From positions 10,388 to 74,387 of the forward strand of contig SVER01000014.1 in the NCBI GenBank assembly GCA_015057315.1: a stretch of 64,000 nt of DNA. Reading direction: 5' to 3'. The stretch's first letter is position 1. Every line of letters begins with the position of its first letter. Below the pieces are notes generated by a model. That model saw only the letters and a list, made by a program, of their open reading frames with translations, searched no databases and had not been told where the DNA came from. The position numbers and the translations under genes were made by a program. Positions 29,906 through 39,812 of this stretch are shown piece after piece. The stretch comes from Pseudobutyrivibrio ruminis (lineage in GTDB: Bacteria > Bacillota > Clostridia > Lachnospirales > Lachnospiraceae).

Positions 29906-31063
29906 ATGGAAATTAAAATTTCTGATTCAATAAAATATATTGGTTGTGATGATAAGACAATAGATTTGTTTGAGAGTCAATATCCGGTGCCAAACGGGGT
30001 ATCTTATAATTCTTATGTGATATTAGATGAGAAGGTAGCAGTTATGGATACTGCAGATCCACGTGTTACAGATGAATGGCTCAATAACCTGGATGTAGAG
30101 CTTGCTGGACGAGATGTGGATTACTTGGTGGTATCTCACATGGAGCCAGACCATGCAGGTTCTATCAAGGTATTTTTAGAGAAATATCCAAATACAACAG
30201 TTGTTGGAAATGCCAAGACATTTCCTATGATGGCACAGTTTATGGATGCCAGTCTTTTCGAAAATAGAAAGCAGGTTATGGCTGAGGGGGATAAGCTTTC
30301 CTTAGGTGAGCATGAGCTTACATTCGTGATGGCACCTATGGTGCACTGGCCAGAGGTAATGGTGGAGTACGAATCAAAGGAAAAGATTCTGTTTTCCGCA
30401 GATGGCTTCGGAAAGTTTGGCGCTCTTGATGTGGATGAACCATGGATAGATGAAGCCCGTAGATATTATCTGAATATTGTGGGTAAGTACGGCGCCTCAG
30501 TGCAGGGATTGTTGAAAAAGGCTGCAAATCTTGATATACAGAAAATTTGTCCACTGCACGGTCCAATCTTGACAGAAAATTTAGGTTACTATATTAACCT
30601 TTATGATACATGGAGTAGTTATAAGCCAGAGGAAGAGGGGGTACTTGTTGTATCAGCTTCTATCCATGGCAACACTAAGAAAGCTGCTCTTAAGCTCAAC
30701 GAAAAGCTGCAGCAGGCAGGGGTAAAGACACAGTTTATCGATATCACAAGAGACAGCATGTCAGAGGCTGTAGCTTTAGCATTCTACTATGACAAGATGG
30801 TTTGCCTTGCAGCTACATATGATGGTGGATTGTTCCCACCAATGCAGGATTTCTTACATCATCTTACAGCCAAGGCCTACCAGAATCGCAAGGTTGCCTT
30901 TGTAGAAAATGGTACATGGGCTCCTCAGGCAGCTAAGTGCATGAAAGCAATCCTAGAACCAATGAAGAACCTAGAGTTCATCGACCCCGTAGTAACAATC
31001 AAATCCACCCTAAATCCTTCAACCGAATCTGCTCTCGATACCCTCGTAGCAGCATTGAGCTAA
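29906..31063 (+). CDS. fprA: Flavodiiron protein (FprA/Flv-type O2/NO reductase)
   Basis: SYNSY, SHMEPDHAGS, MVHWPE, FSADGFG, CPLHGP, C-terminal flavodoxin. Confidence 0.9.
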   Translation: MEIKISDSIKYIGCDDKTIDLFESQYPVPNGVSYNSYVILDEKVAVMDTADPRVTDEWLNNLDVELAGRDVDYLVVSHMEPDHAGSIKVFLEKYPNTTVVGNAKTFPMMAQFMDASLFENRKQVMAEGDKLSLGEHELTFVMAPMVHWPEVMVEYESKEKILFSADGFGKFGALDVDEPWIDEARRYYLNIVGKYGASVQGLLKKAANLDIQKICPLHGPILTENLGYYINLYDTWSSYKPEEEGVLVVSASIHGNTKKAALKLNEKLQQAGVKTQFIDITRDSMSEAVALAFYYDKMVCLAATYDGGLFPPMQDFLHHLTAKAYQNRKVAFVENGTWAPQAAKCMKAILEPMKNLEFIDPVVTIKSTLNPSTESALDTLVAALS

Positions 31064-31096
31064 TTTGGGGTAAATAAATAGTGTAATTATAATAAT

Positions 31097-31254
31097 TAGA
31101 TGAGCAAGCAGCAATAAGTTGAACATAACTTTGGAAGGCGTGAGCAAGAGGACCCCGCTCAGGTTCTTTGACATCAGTCAAAGGTTCTGAGATGGGAGAT
31201 GGCTTGCGGAAGCTTTGAAACATTAGGAGCAACTTATTGCCAATCTTGCGGATC
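31097..31254 (+). repeat. TAGATGAG...CGGATC hairpin element with larger insert
   Basis: tagatgag-caag..gcaataagttg / caacttattgc..cttg-cggatc directly before the ldh RBS. Confidence 0.7.
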
Positions 31255-31265
31255 AGGAGGTGTAA

Positions 31266-32225
31266 ATGGCAGTAGAAGTTAACCCAAGAAAAGTAGCGAT
31301 AATTGGTGCAGGTTTTGTTGGCTCTGCAACCGCATTCGCATTATCACAAAGCAGTATGTTTTCCGAAATGGTTCTTATTGATGCGGACCATGAAAAAGCG
31401 GAAGGAGAGGCTATGGATATCAGCCACGGCACTCCATTTACTAAGCCAATTAAGATTTATGCAGGCGATTATGATGACATTGCAGATGCTGCGATTGTTG
31501 TTGTAACAGCAGGCGCAGGCCAAAAGCCAGGGGAGACTAGACTTGACCTTGTTCATAAGAATGTAGGTATTTTCAAGTCTATTATTCCTGAGATTGCAAA
31601 GAGAGATTTCGGTGGAATTCTTCTTATTGTGGCAAATCCAGTGGATATTCTCACACTTACAGCACTTAAGCTTTCAGGCTTGCCAGAGAACCGTGTAATT
31701 GGTTCTGGTACTGTGCTTGATTCTGCTCGTCTTAAGACAGAGCTTGGTGAGCATTTAGGAATTGATAGTCGCTCAGTGCATGCTTTCATTATTGGTGAGC
31801 ATGGTGATAGTGAGATTGCAGCGTTCTCAAGTGCAAATGTATCTGGTATCCCAGTAAATGATTTCTGTGAGATGAGAGGTCATTTTAACCATGATGAATC
31901 CGAGAAGATTATTGCAGACCGTGTAAAGAATGCTGCTTACGAGATTATCAAAAGAAAGCATGCAACATACTATGGTGTTGCAGTTGCTGTAAAACGTATA
32001 TGCGAAGTAATCGTTCGTGATGAGCGCTCAATTCTATCTGTGTCATCTATGATGCACGGTGAGTATGGCATTGAAGATATTTGCCTTTCAATGCCAGCTA
32101 TTGTAGGCGCAGACGGATTAGAGACCAAGGTACCTATTTCTCTAGATGATGATGAGGTTAAGGCTTTGCAGGAGTCAGCAAGAACACTTAAGGAAGTAAT
32201 TGATACAATCGATTTTACTATTTAA
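31266..32225 (+). CDS. ldh: L-lactate dehydrogenase
   Basis: IGAGFVGS, TAGAGQKPGETRLDL, VANPVD, GSGTVLDSARL, IGEHGDSE, KHATYYG. Confidence 0.96.
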   Translation: MAVEVNPRKVAIIGAGFVGSATAFALSQSSMFSEMVLIDADHEKAEGEAMDISHGTPFTKPIKIYAGDYDDIADAAIVVVTAGAGQKPGETRLDLVHKNVGIFKSIIPEIAKRDFGGILLIVANPVDILTLTALKLSGLPENRVIGSGTVLDSARLKTELGEHLGIDSRSVHAFIIGEHGDSEIAAFSSANVSGIPVNDFCEMRGHFNHDESEKIIADRVKNAAYEIIKRKHATYYGVAVAVKRICEVIVRDERSILSVSSMMHGEYGIEDICLSMPAIVGADGLETKVPISLDDDEVKALQESARTLKEVIDTIDFTI

Positions 32226-32228
32226 GCA

Positions 32229-33539
32229 TTAATCTAAATATTTAGCTTTGATTTCTTTAATTTCATCGAAGCAACTAACGAAAGCATCCACAACGGTTGG
32301 TGAGAATTGCTCGCCACGTTGCTGGATGATTTCTTTTTTTGCTGTTTCCAAATCCCAGGCCTTTTTGTAGGCACGCTCACTTGTTAATGCATCAAAAACA
32401 TCTGCAACAGATACTATCTGAGCATAGATAGAAATTTCATTTTTCATAAGCCCCTGAGGATAGCCCTTGCCATCCCAACGCTCATGATGCTCTAGGGCGA
32501 TGACGCGGGCCATTTCGATAATTTCACCTTCGGAATTAGCAAGAATATCCCAACCATACTGCGCATGGCCTTTCATAATTTCATATTCTTCGTCGGTGAG
32601 CTCACCCTTCTTTTCGATTATGTCGTGGCTGATTAGTAATTTACCTAAATCGTGCATCATAGCAGCGATTTTTATATGCTCCACTTCATCATCACTAAGC
32701 TTCATTGTACGGGCAATGAGCATGCTATATTCAGCTACTCGTCTAACGTGCTGACCAGTTTCTCCTGATTTTGCTTCGGAAATCTCTGTTAATTTTACAA
32801 TTATATTTTCCTGACTTGCTTGAAGCTTGGTGTAGTATTCATGCTTCTTTTCATATTCCCTTGCCGCCGAAATAGCAATTTTTTCGTAGCCTAAGGCAAA
32901 AAGACTACTAATGGCTGCAACAATATCAAGCCAAAGAATGCTTTGCATATTCACAACATTTGTGCCTAATTCCGGGAAGATGAAATAGGCAGCATAAAGC
33001 AAATCAAGAATATAGAATAAGCCTACAAGATAAAAGAAAACATTCTTCCATCTAACTGCGTTAGTTTTGTATAGAAAGTCCATTTCATGTCTGATGCTTA
33101 AGAAAACAATAGCATGGAAAATAAAGTACCATAGTATATAGGTTGGATATGATACTGACACAACTAAAGTCAGGCGCTCAATACACACATGTTGCATATA
33201 AATGGTGGCGCCAAGATATTTGTACATACCTGTAAAGCGGGTAAATAATAATCCACCTAGGATAATAAACAACATATCCATGAATACGTTTAATAATATA
33301 AAAACGAAGCTGTGAGTGTCTTTAAAGCCATAGTCCAGAACCAGCAGAGTATATATCTTAATTACCAATTGCTCTCCGATGATAGAAAGAAATGCTGGCG
33401 AAATAATAAACCCTGATAGAAATCTTTCTATAGGGAATCTCTTGTTTTGACCGTAAAATACCAGGAAAAATAAATTTAACGCTGAAAACCATGCGGCAGA
33501 TATTAATTTTGGCCAATATAGCTGAATTAATTCAATCAT
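32229..33539 (-). CDS. Membrane protein with C-terminal HD-GYP phosphodiesterase domain
   Basis: TM-rich N-terminus; ETGQHVRRV, MHDLGK, HHERWDGKGYP, VADVFDALTSERAYK. Confidence 0.9.
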   Translation of the reverse strand: MIELIQLYWPKLISAAWFSALNLFFLVFYGQNKRFPIERFLSGFIISPAFLSIIGEQLVIKIYTLLVLDYGFKDTHSFVFILLNVFMDMLFIILGGLLFTRFTGMYKYLGATIYMQHVCIERLTLVVSVSYPTYILWYFIFHAIVFLSIRHEMDFLYKTNAVRWKNVFFYLVGLFYILDLLYAAYFIFPELGTNVVNMQSILWLDIVAAISSLFALGYEKIAISAAREYEKKHEYYTKLQASQENIIVKLTEISEAKSGETGQHVRRVAEYSMLIARTMKLSDDEVEHIKIAAMMHDLGKLLISHDIIEKKGELTDEEYEIMKGHAQYGWDILANSEGEIIEMARVIALEHHERWDGKGYPQGLMKNEISIYAQIVSVADVFDALTSERAYKKAWDLETAKKEIIQQRGEQFSPTVVDAFVSCFDEIKEIKAKYLD

Positions 33540-33797
33540 AATAAACCTATCTATCTCAAAATAATTATAAACAAAGCACTATCTTATTTTTATCATTAAA
33601 GTATGTCTAAATTATTATAGAATTGTTCTCAAATTTTAAAAAATGTTCAAAGCGTAACTTCATGTATTACTGAGAAAATTTATCTAAAAATATTTATTTA
33701 GAATATTGACATTGAAAAAGAAATGGTTATTATATAGAGTGTTAAATAAAAATATTTAGCTAATCAGATTTAGTTAAAAATGCAAAGGAGAAAAATT

Positions 33798-34022
33798 ATG
33801 TTTGAAATTGTTAAGGAAGTAATCATTGACACACTTAGCTGTGCAGCTGACAAGGTAACTATGGAGGCAAATCTTTTTGAGGATTTAGGAGCAGATTCAT
33901 TAGATGCTGTAGAGCTTTCACTTGCAGTTGAGGAAAAGACTGGCATCACAATCGAAGAAGAAGCTATGGAGAACATCAAAACAGTTGCAGACATCGTAAA
34001 TTATCTTGAGGCACATAAGTAA
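33798..34022 (+). CDS. acpP: Acyl carrier protein
   Basis: DLGADSLDAVEL; start at 33798 after aaggag. Confidence 0.95.
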   Translation: MFEIVKEVIIDTLSCAADKVTMEANLFEDLGADSLDAVELSLAVEEKTGITIEEEAMENIKTVADIVNYLEAHK

Positions 34023-34024
34023 TC

Positions 34025-34504
34025 ATGGAATTAAAAGATATTAAAGAGCTTTTAAAAGCTTTTGATGAAAGTGAAAGCTCATATTTTTCACTAAAACAGG
34101 ATGGTGTAAATATCAAGCTTAAAAAGCCATCTGAAACAGTGGCAGTATCAGTGGCACCAGTTGCACAGGCAGATCCAGTGGCAATGCCACAGGCTAGCGC
34201 ACAGGCGGCACAGCCAGTACCAGCAGCATCTACCACAGAGGCTGAAGAGCCTAAGGAAGATACAGATGGAACAAAGGTGCTAGCTCCACTTGTAGGAGTT
34301 TTCTATGCAGCACCTACACCAGAAGCCAGTGCTTATGTTCAGGTAGGGGACATTGTTAAGGAAGGTCAGATTCTTTGTCTGATAGAGGCGATGAAGATGA
34401 TGAGCGAAATAACTGCACCAAAGGATGGCGTGATTAAAAAAATCTATGTAAAGAATCAGGATGTGGTTGGATTTGAAGATCCACTGTTTCTCATAGGAGA
34501 CTAG
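34025..34504 (+). CDS. accB: Acetyl-CoA carboxylase biotin carboxyl carrier protein
   Basis: APLVGVFY, IEAMKMM. Confidence 0.95.
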   Translation: MELKDIKELLKAFDESESSYFSLKQDGVNIKLKKPSETVAVSVAPVAQADPVAMPQASAQAAQPVPAASTTEAEEPKEDTDGTKVLAPLVGVFYAAPTPEASAYVQVGDIVKEGQILCLIEAMKMMSEITAPKDGVIKKIYVKNQDVVGFEDPLFLIGD

Positions 34505-34506
34505 AA

Positions 34507-35889
34507 ATGTTTAAGAGAATATTGATAGCTAATCGTGGCGAGATAGCAGTAAGAATCATCAGGGCATGTATGGAAATGAATATTGAAGCTGTTGCAGTAT
34601 ATTCCACAGCTGACAAGGATTCATTACATGTAAAGCTTGCAACCAAAAGCATTTGCATTGGTCCTGCTAGAGCAGCAGATAGCTACTTAAACATGGATGC
34701 AATCATAACAGCAGCCCAGGTAACTGGTTGCGACGCCCTTCATCCTGGATTTGGTTTCTTATCAGAGAATTCTGATTTTGTACGTAAGTGCAATGAGGCG
34801 GGAATCGTTTTTATCGGCCCTACACCAGAGGCAATGGATGCCCTAGGTAACAAGGCGGCTGCAAGAAAGATGATGATGAAAGCAGGAGTGCCTGTAGTTC
34901 CTGGCTCAGATGGACCGGTAAAGGATTACAAGGAACTGGAAAAGATAGCAAAAAAGATTGGTTATCCAGTGCTTATCAAAGCATCTGCAGGAGGCGGTGG
35001 CCGAGGCATGAGAAGGGTGTACGCCAAGGAAGATTTGCAGAAGCTGTATGAAGAGGCTAAGGCAGAAACAATTGCCTGCTTCAATGATGATGAGATGTAT
35101 GTGGAAAAGCTGGTGCTTAATCCTCGCCACATCGAATTTCAGATTTTGGCAGATGAGCATGGCAATGTAATCCATTTAGGAGAGCGTGATTGCTCTATTC
35201 AGCGTAAGAACCAAAAGCTTATCGAGGAAAGCCCTTGCATGTTTATAGATGATGACTTGCGTAAGGCAATGGGTAAGGCGGCGGTGGCAGCTGCAAAGGC
35301 GGCAGGCTATACCAACGCTGGAACAGTAGAGTTTGTCCTTGATGAGAAGAATCATTACTATTTCATCGAAATGAACACTCGTATTCAGGTAGAGCATGGT
35401 GTTACCGAGGCTGTTACAGGAATCGACCTAATCAAGCAGCAGATAAGAATCGCATTTCATGAGCCACTTAAGCTACGTCAGAAGGATGTAAGCCTTAGGG
35501 GACATGCCATGGAATGTAGAATCAATGCTGAGGATCCTGCTAAGGGATTTATGGCTAACACTGGTAAGATTTCATTTTTGAATATTCCAGGTGGTCCAGG
35601 GGTTAGGGTGGATACCCTATTATACAACGGGTATGAAACCAGTCCATTTTACGATTCTATGATGGCAAAAATCATTGTACATGCACCTACACGATTAGAG
35701 GCAATCCGTAGAATGCGAAGAGCCTTGCTTGAGCTGGTAACAGATGGAATTACCACTAATGGTGATTTTGATTATCTGTTACTTCATCATCCAGATTTTG
35801 TTAAGGGCAATTACAATGTAAGCTTTATCGAAAATCATTTGGATGAAATATTGGCTTGGGACAAAGCAGTGGCTGATGAGGAAGAATAA
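34507..35889 (+). CDS. accC: Biotin carboxylase
   Basis: LIANRGEIA, HPGFGFLSEN, GGGGRGMR, RDCSIQR, EMNTRIQVEH. Confidence 0.96.
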   Translation: MFKRILIANRGEIAVRIIRACMEMNIEAVAVYSTADKDSLHVKLATKSICIGPARAADSYLNMDAIITAAQVTGCDALHPGFGFLSENSDFVRKCNEAGIVFIGPTPEAMDALGNKAAARKMMMKAGVPVVPGSDGPVKDYKELEKIAKKIGYPVLIKASAGGGGRGMRRVYAKEDLQKLYEEAKAETIACFNDDEMYVEKLVLNPRHIEFQILADEHGNVIHLGERDCSIQRKNQKLIEESPCMFIDDDLRKAMGKAAVAAAKAAGYTNAGTVEFVLDEKNHYYFIEMNTRIQVEHGVTEAVTGIDLIKQQIRIAFHEPLKLRQKDVSLRGHAMECRINAEDPAKGFMANTGKISFLNIPGGPGVRVDTLLYNGYETSPFYDSMMAKIIVHAPTRLEAIRRMRRALLELVTDGITTNGDFDYLLLHHPDFVKGNYNVSFIENHLDEILAWDKAVADEEE

Positions 35890-36677
35890 TGACAAGTGTA
35901 GTAGATAAAAGAAAAAACAAATTTAATAGATACAAGGACTTGCGTGAAAATCCTACTGAGCTGCTAGAACCTGCCATAAAGCCGGTAAAGGAATATGATG
36001 CTTTTGACAGGCTAAAGGATATTGCAGACGAGGGAACTTTCAAGGAGTTTGAATTTGATTTTCCAGAAACAAATCCACTAGAGTTTGAAGGATATGTGGA
36101 AAAGAAGGAAGCTCTTAGAAAAGAAAATAATTGTCATGATGCAATAATAGCTGGCGAATGTGAAATAGAAAAAATGCCTTGCGTGCTTGCTGTAATGAAT
36201 AAGAAGTTCATGATGGCATCAATGGGAATGGAGCTTGGAGAGACATTTTGCAGAGCATGCGAATATGCCAGCAAGAAGCATTTGCCATTTATTGTATTTA
36301 CTGCCAGTGGCGGTGCCAGAATGCAGGAGGGAATCCTAAGCCTTATGCAGATGGCAAAGACCAGTGCAGTAGTTAAGAAATTCAAGGATGAGGGGGGATT
36401 GTACATTACAGTACTTACTCATCCAACTACAGGTGGAGTTAGTGCAAGCTTTGCAACGCTTGGTGACATCACACTTGCAGAGCCTAAGGCTTTGATAGGA
36501 TTTGCAGGTCCACGTGTTATTGAGCAGACAATCGGACAGAAGCTTCCAGAGGGCTTCCAACGAGCAGAGTTTTTGCAGGAACACGGTTTTGTGGATGCAA
36601 TCGTCAGAAGAGAAGACATGAAAGAGATGTTAGCAAAGATTCTGATGCTTCATAAAAACGTGTATGAAGGGAGGTAA
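35889..36677 (+). CDS. accD: Carboxyltransferase beta subunit
   Basis: MASMG, SGGARMQEG, PTTGGVSASF, GFAGPRVI. Confidence 0.94.
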   Translation: MTSVVDKRKNKFNRYKDLRENPTELLEPAIKPVKEYDAFDRLKDIADEGTFKEFEFDFPETNPLEFEGYVEKKEALRKENNCHDAIIAGECEIEKMPCVLAVMNKKFMMASMGMELGETFCRACEYASKKHLPFIVFTASGGARMQEGILSLMQMAKTSAVVKKFKDEGGLYITVLTHPTTGGVSASFATLGDITLAEPKALIGFAGPRVIEQTIGQKLPEGFQRAEFLQEHGFVDAIVRREDMKEMLAKILMLHKNVYEGR

Positions 36678-36679
36678 CT

Positions 36680-37480
36680 ATGAGTGCTATAGAAAAGGTT
36701 CTTATCGCTAGAGATAAGGATAGACCAAAGATTACTGATTATGTAGACAATCTATTTACCGATTTCTTCGAACAAAAGGGAGATTTCCTTGGAAAAGAGG
36801 ACGGAAGCATTTACGGCGGAATTGCTCTTTTTCACGGAAGACCAGTAACAGTGTTAGGTCATCGTAAGGGACGCACTGTAGAGGAAAACATGGCTTGCAA
36901 CTTCGGTATGCCAGGGCCGGAAGGATATCGTAAGGCTCTTAGGCTTATGAAGCAGGCAGAAAAGTTTTCAAGACCTATTATTACATTTGTAGATACACCA
37001 GGTGCCTACCCTGGACTTGAAGCAGAAATGTACGGACAGGCTCAGGCCATTGCTGCAAATCTTGCTGAAATGAGTGCTTTAAAGGTACCAGTGATTTCCA
37101 TTGTAACAGGTGAGGGTTCCAGCGGTGGTGCCCTTGGCATAGCAGTGGCAAACAAGGTGTACATGTTAGAAAATGCAATCTATTCTGTGCTATCACCAGA
37201 GGGGTTCGCATCTATCCTGTGGCACGACAGTGCCAGACGTGATGAGGCGGCCGAGGTGATGAAGCTTACAGCAAAGGATTTGTATGAATTTGGGGTGATT
37301 GATGGAATCATCAAAGAAGCTGATGTATTTAAGGCTATTGACAAACAGATTTCATCAGCGCTAAAGGAGCTTGATAAGCTTTCAGCGGACGAGCTAAAAG
37401 TTGACAGATATGAAAAATTTAGATACTTCGATGAGGCGAGAGTAAATGCTTCATCTGTTGAAGAAATGGAAGTTGTATAA
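36680..37480 (+). CDS. accA: Carboxyltransferase alpha subunit
   Basis: NFGMPGPEGYRKALR, VDTPGAYPG, GEGSSGGALG, VLSPEG. Confidence 0.94.
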   Translation: MSAIEKVLIARDKDRPKITDYVDNLFTDFFEQKGDFLGKEDGSIYGGIALFHGRPVTVLGHRKGRTVEENMACNFGMPGPEGYRKALRLMKQAEKFSRPIITFVDTPGAYPGLEAEMYGQAQAIAANLAEMSALKVPVISIVTGEGSSGGALGIAVANKVYMLENAIYSVLSPEGFASILWHDSARRDEAAEVMKLTAKDLYEFGVIDGIIKEADVFKAIDKQISSALKELDKLSADELKVDRYEKFRYFDEARVNASSVEEMEVV

Positions 37481-38410
37481 ATGACTGGAATTAGAATACT
37501 AGCAACAGGAAAGGCCGTGCCAAAAAGGGAAGTAACCAACGATGACATGGCCAAGATTGTTGATACAAGCGATGAATGGATTAAACAAAGAACCGGCATG
37601 AGTGTGAGACATCACGTAAGCGATGGAGAAAATCACACCATGTTAGCAGAGCAGGCCGCTAAGGCTGCAATCGAGAGAGCTAATATTAATAAAGATGATA
37701 TTGGTGTTGTAATCGTATGTACCGTATCAGCTGACTATTATTCGCCATCGGCAGCATGCTTAATACAGGGCAGGTTAGGGCTTAAGAAGGATGTTATTGC
37801 TTTTGATCTGGGGGCTGGTTGCTCCGGCTTTGTGTTTGGCCTTGAAACAATTAGGGCGTTGATGATGGCAAGAAAAGAGAAATACGGATTGCTAATCGGA
37901 GCCGAGGTTTTATCGAAAAAAATGGATATGACCGATAGAGGCACCTGTGTATTGTTTGGTGATGGTGCAGCAGCTGCAGTGGTAGAACTGTCAGACAAGC
38001 TGTATACATCAGTGATAGGTGTAGATGGTGATGAAGAAATGATTAACATCAAAACACCAAATGGCTATATCCACATGGATGGTCAGGGCACTTATAAATT
38101 TGCCGTAGCCACAGTGCCAAAGGTAATAGAGCAGGTGGTAAAGGATGCAGGCCTTACTTACGATGATATTGATTATTATGTAATGCACCAGGCTAACCTT
38201 CGTATTATCGAATCCATAGCCAAAAAGGTAAAGCAGCCAATGGATAAATTCATCGTAAATATAGAAAAATATGGTAACACTTCCGCCGCAAGCGTAGGCC
38301 TTGCCCTAGACGAAGCTTTCGAAGAAGGCCGCATCAAACCAGGCGACAAAGTCCTAATCTGCGCCTTCGGTGCCGGCCGCACCTGGGGCGCCGTGGTGGT
38401 GGAGATGTAA
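37481..38410 (+). CDS. fabH: 3-oxoacyl-ACP synthase III
   Basis: DTSDEWIKQRTG, GAGCSGF, LFGDGA, HQANLRI, YGNTSAAS. Confidence 0.95.
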   Translation: MTGIRILATGKAVPKREVTNDDMAKIVDTSDEWIKQRTGMSVRHHVSDGENHTMLAEQAAKAAIERANINKDDIGVVIVCTVSADYYSPSAACLIQGRLGLKKDVIAFDLGAGCSGFVFGLETIRALMMARKEKYGLLIGAEVLSKKMDMTDRGTCVLFGDGAAAAVVELSDKLYTSVIGVDGDEEMINIKTPNGYIHMDGQGTYKFAVATVPKVIEQVVKDAGLTYDDIDYYVMHQANLRIIESIAKKVKQPMDKFIVNIEKYGNTSAASVGLALDEAFEEGRIKPGDKVLICAFGAGRTWGAVVVEM

Positions 38411-38467
38411 TACGTAGAAGCGTAATTCGTAAATACGTAGCTGAATTACATAGGTACGTGAAAAATT

Positions 38468-38630
38468 TAGATTAGCATATGGAATGATAGAGTAAAAGGT
38501 TATCGCTGAGCCCTTCGAGCAGCGTCTACACTTAGTGAGCGCCTGCGCGAACTTAGTGTGGCTACGCTGTGTAATGAGCGCAAGCGTGGCGAAGGATAAC
38601 TTTTTACTCTAGCATGAAATATGCGGACTA
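38468..38630 (+). repeat. TAGATTAG...CGGACTA hairpin element with 87-bp core
   Basis: Arms agagtaaaaggttatc/gataactttttactct; core 38507-38593 matches 39671-39757 at 79 of 87 positions. Confidence 0.85.
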
Positions 38631-38640
38631 GAGGTAATCT

Positions 38641-39576
38641 ATGAAACTTAGAGATTTGACAGGAACTAAATATAGTGTAATCCAGGGGGGAATGGCGAAC
38701 ATAGCTACAGGTGAATTTGCCGCAGCGTGTTCTAATGCAGGCGCCCTTGGCCTTGTTGCAAGCGGCGGTATGGATGCCGAAAGCTTGAGAGAACAGATAA
38801 GAATATGTAAGAGCAAGACTGATAAGCCTTTTGGCGTGAATCTGATGCTTATGAATCCTGATGTAGATAACATAGCTAAGATGCTAGTGGAAGAAAAGGT
38901 TCAGTTTATTACAACAGGAGCTGGTAACCCAGGCAAGTATATGAAGGCCTGGAAAGAAATGGGGGCAAAGGTATTCCCTGTAGTTGCTTCTGTAGCGCTT
39001 GCCAAGATTATGGTTAGAGCCGGCGCTGATGCAGTTATTGCAGAGGGCGGCGAATCAGGTGGTCACGTAGGAGATATGACTACCATGACATTGCTTCCAC
39101 AGGTAGTTGCAGCCGTGGATGTACCAGTTATTGCAGCAGGTGGTATTGCCAGTGGTGAGCAGATGGCAGCTGCCATGATGCTTGGTGCTTGTGGTGTTCA
39201 GGTAGGTACATGCCTTCTTGTTTCAGAGGAATGTCCAATACACGAAAACTATAAGCAGACACTGATTAAGGCAAAGGATAATGCCACTACAGTAACAGGC
39301 CGCTCCCAGGGCGCACCAGTTCGTATCATCAAAAACGAAATGGCCCGCGAGTACCTGAAACTGGAGGCAGAGGGTGCTGATAGAGAAAAGCTAGAGCACA
39401 TCACACTTGGCGGCCTTCGCCGTGCTGTATGTGATGGTGACATGATCCGCGGCTCAGTAATGTCCGGCCAAGTATGCGGCCAGCTCACCGCCATCCGCCC
39501 CGTCGTAGAAATACTAGACGAAATGGTCACCGGCGCCAAGAACGCGTTGTCTAAAGCTGCATCGATTGAACTGTAA
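38641..39576 (+). CDS. fabK: Enoyl-ACP reductase II
   Basis: IQGGMA, TDKPFGVNL, EGGESGGH, IAAGGI, GVQVGT. Confidence 0.93.
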   Translation: MKLRDLTGTKYSVIQGGMANIATGEFAAACSNAGALGLVASGGMDAESLREQIRICKSKTDKPFGVNLMLMNPDVDNIAKMLVEEKVQFITTGAGNPGKYMKAWKEMGAKVFPVVASVALAKIMVRAGADAVIAEGGESGGHVGDMTTMTLLPQVVAAVDVPVIAAGGIASGEQMAAAMMLGACGVQVGTCLLVSEECPIHENYKQTLIKAKDNATTVTGRSQGAPVRIIKNEMAREYLKLEAEGADREKLEHITLGGLRRAVCDGDMIRGSVMSGQVCGQLTAIRPVVEILDEMVTGAKNALSKAASIEL

Positions 39577-39638
39577 TGAAATTTCAATGTTAAGCCAAAG
39601 TGTGTTTTTTATCTACGGCTAATTGTAGTGTTTAAATA

Positions 39639-39789
39639 GCAGCATAATGCATAGACAATATATTTTACTATGAGCCCTTCGAGTAACGTCTACACTTAGT
39701 GAGCGCATGCGCGAACTTAGTGTGGCTACGTTACGTAATGAGCGAAAGCGAGGCGAATAGTAAAATATATAGGCTATGTATTAGGCTGC
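39639..39789 (+). repeat. Hairpin element with the same 87-bp core
   Basis: Arms gcagc..atgcatag..atattttacta / tagtaaaatat..ctatgtat..gctgc around core 39671-39757. Confidence 0.85.
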
Positions 39790-39812
39790 GAGAGAATATC
39801 TAGGAGAATAAT

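Noticed and set aside
33600-33790. FabT operator upstream of acpP
   Set aside because: Only weak AT-rich palindromes; none can be distinguished from background
38411-38460. Echo of the fabF 3' end (gaagcgtaa, ttcgtaaatacg) after fabH
   Set aside because: Matches of 9-12 nt only; may be chance or part of the element flank
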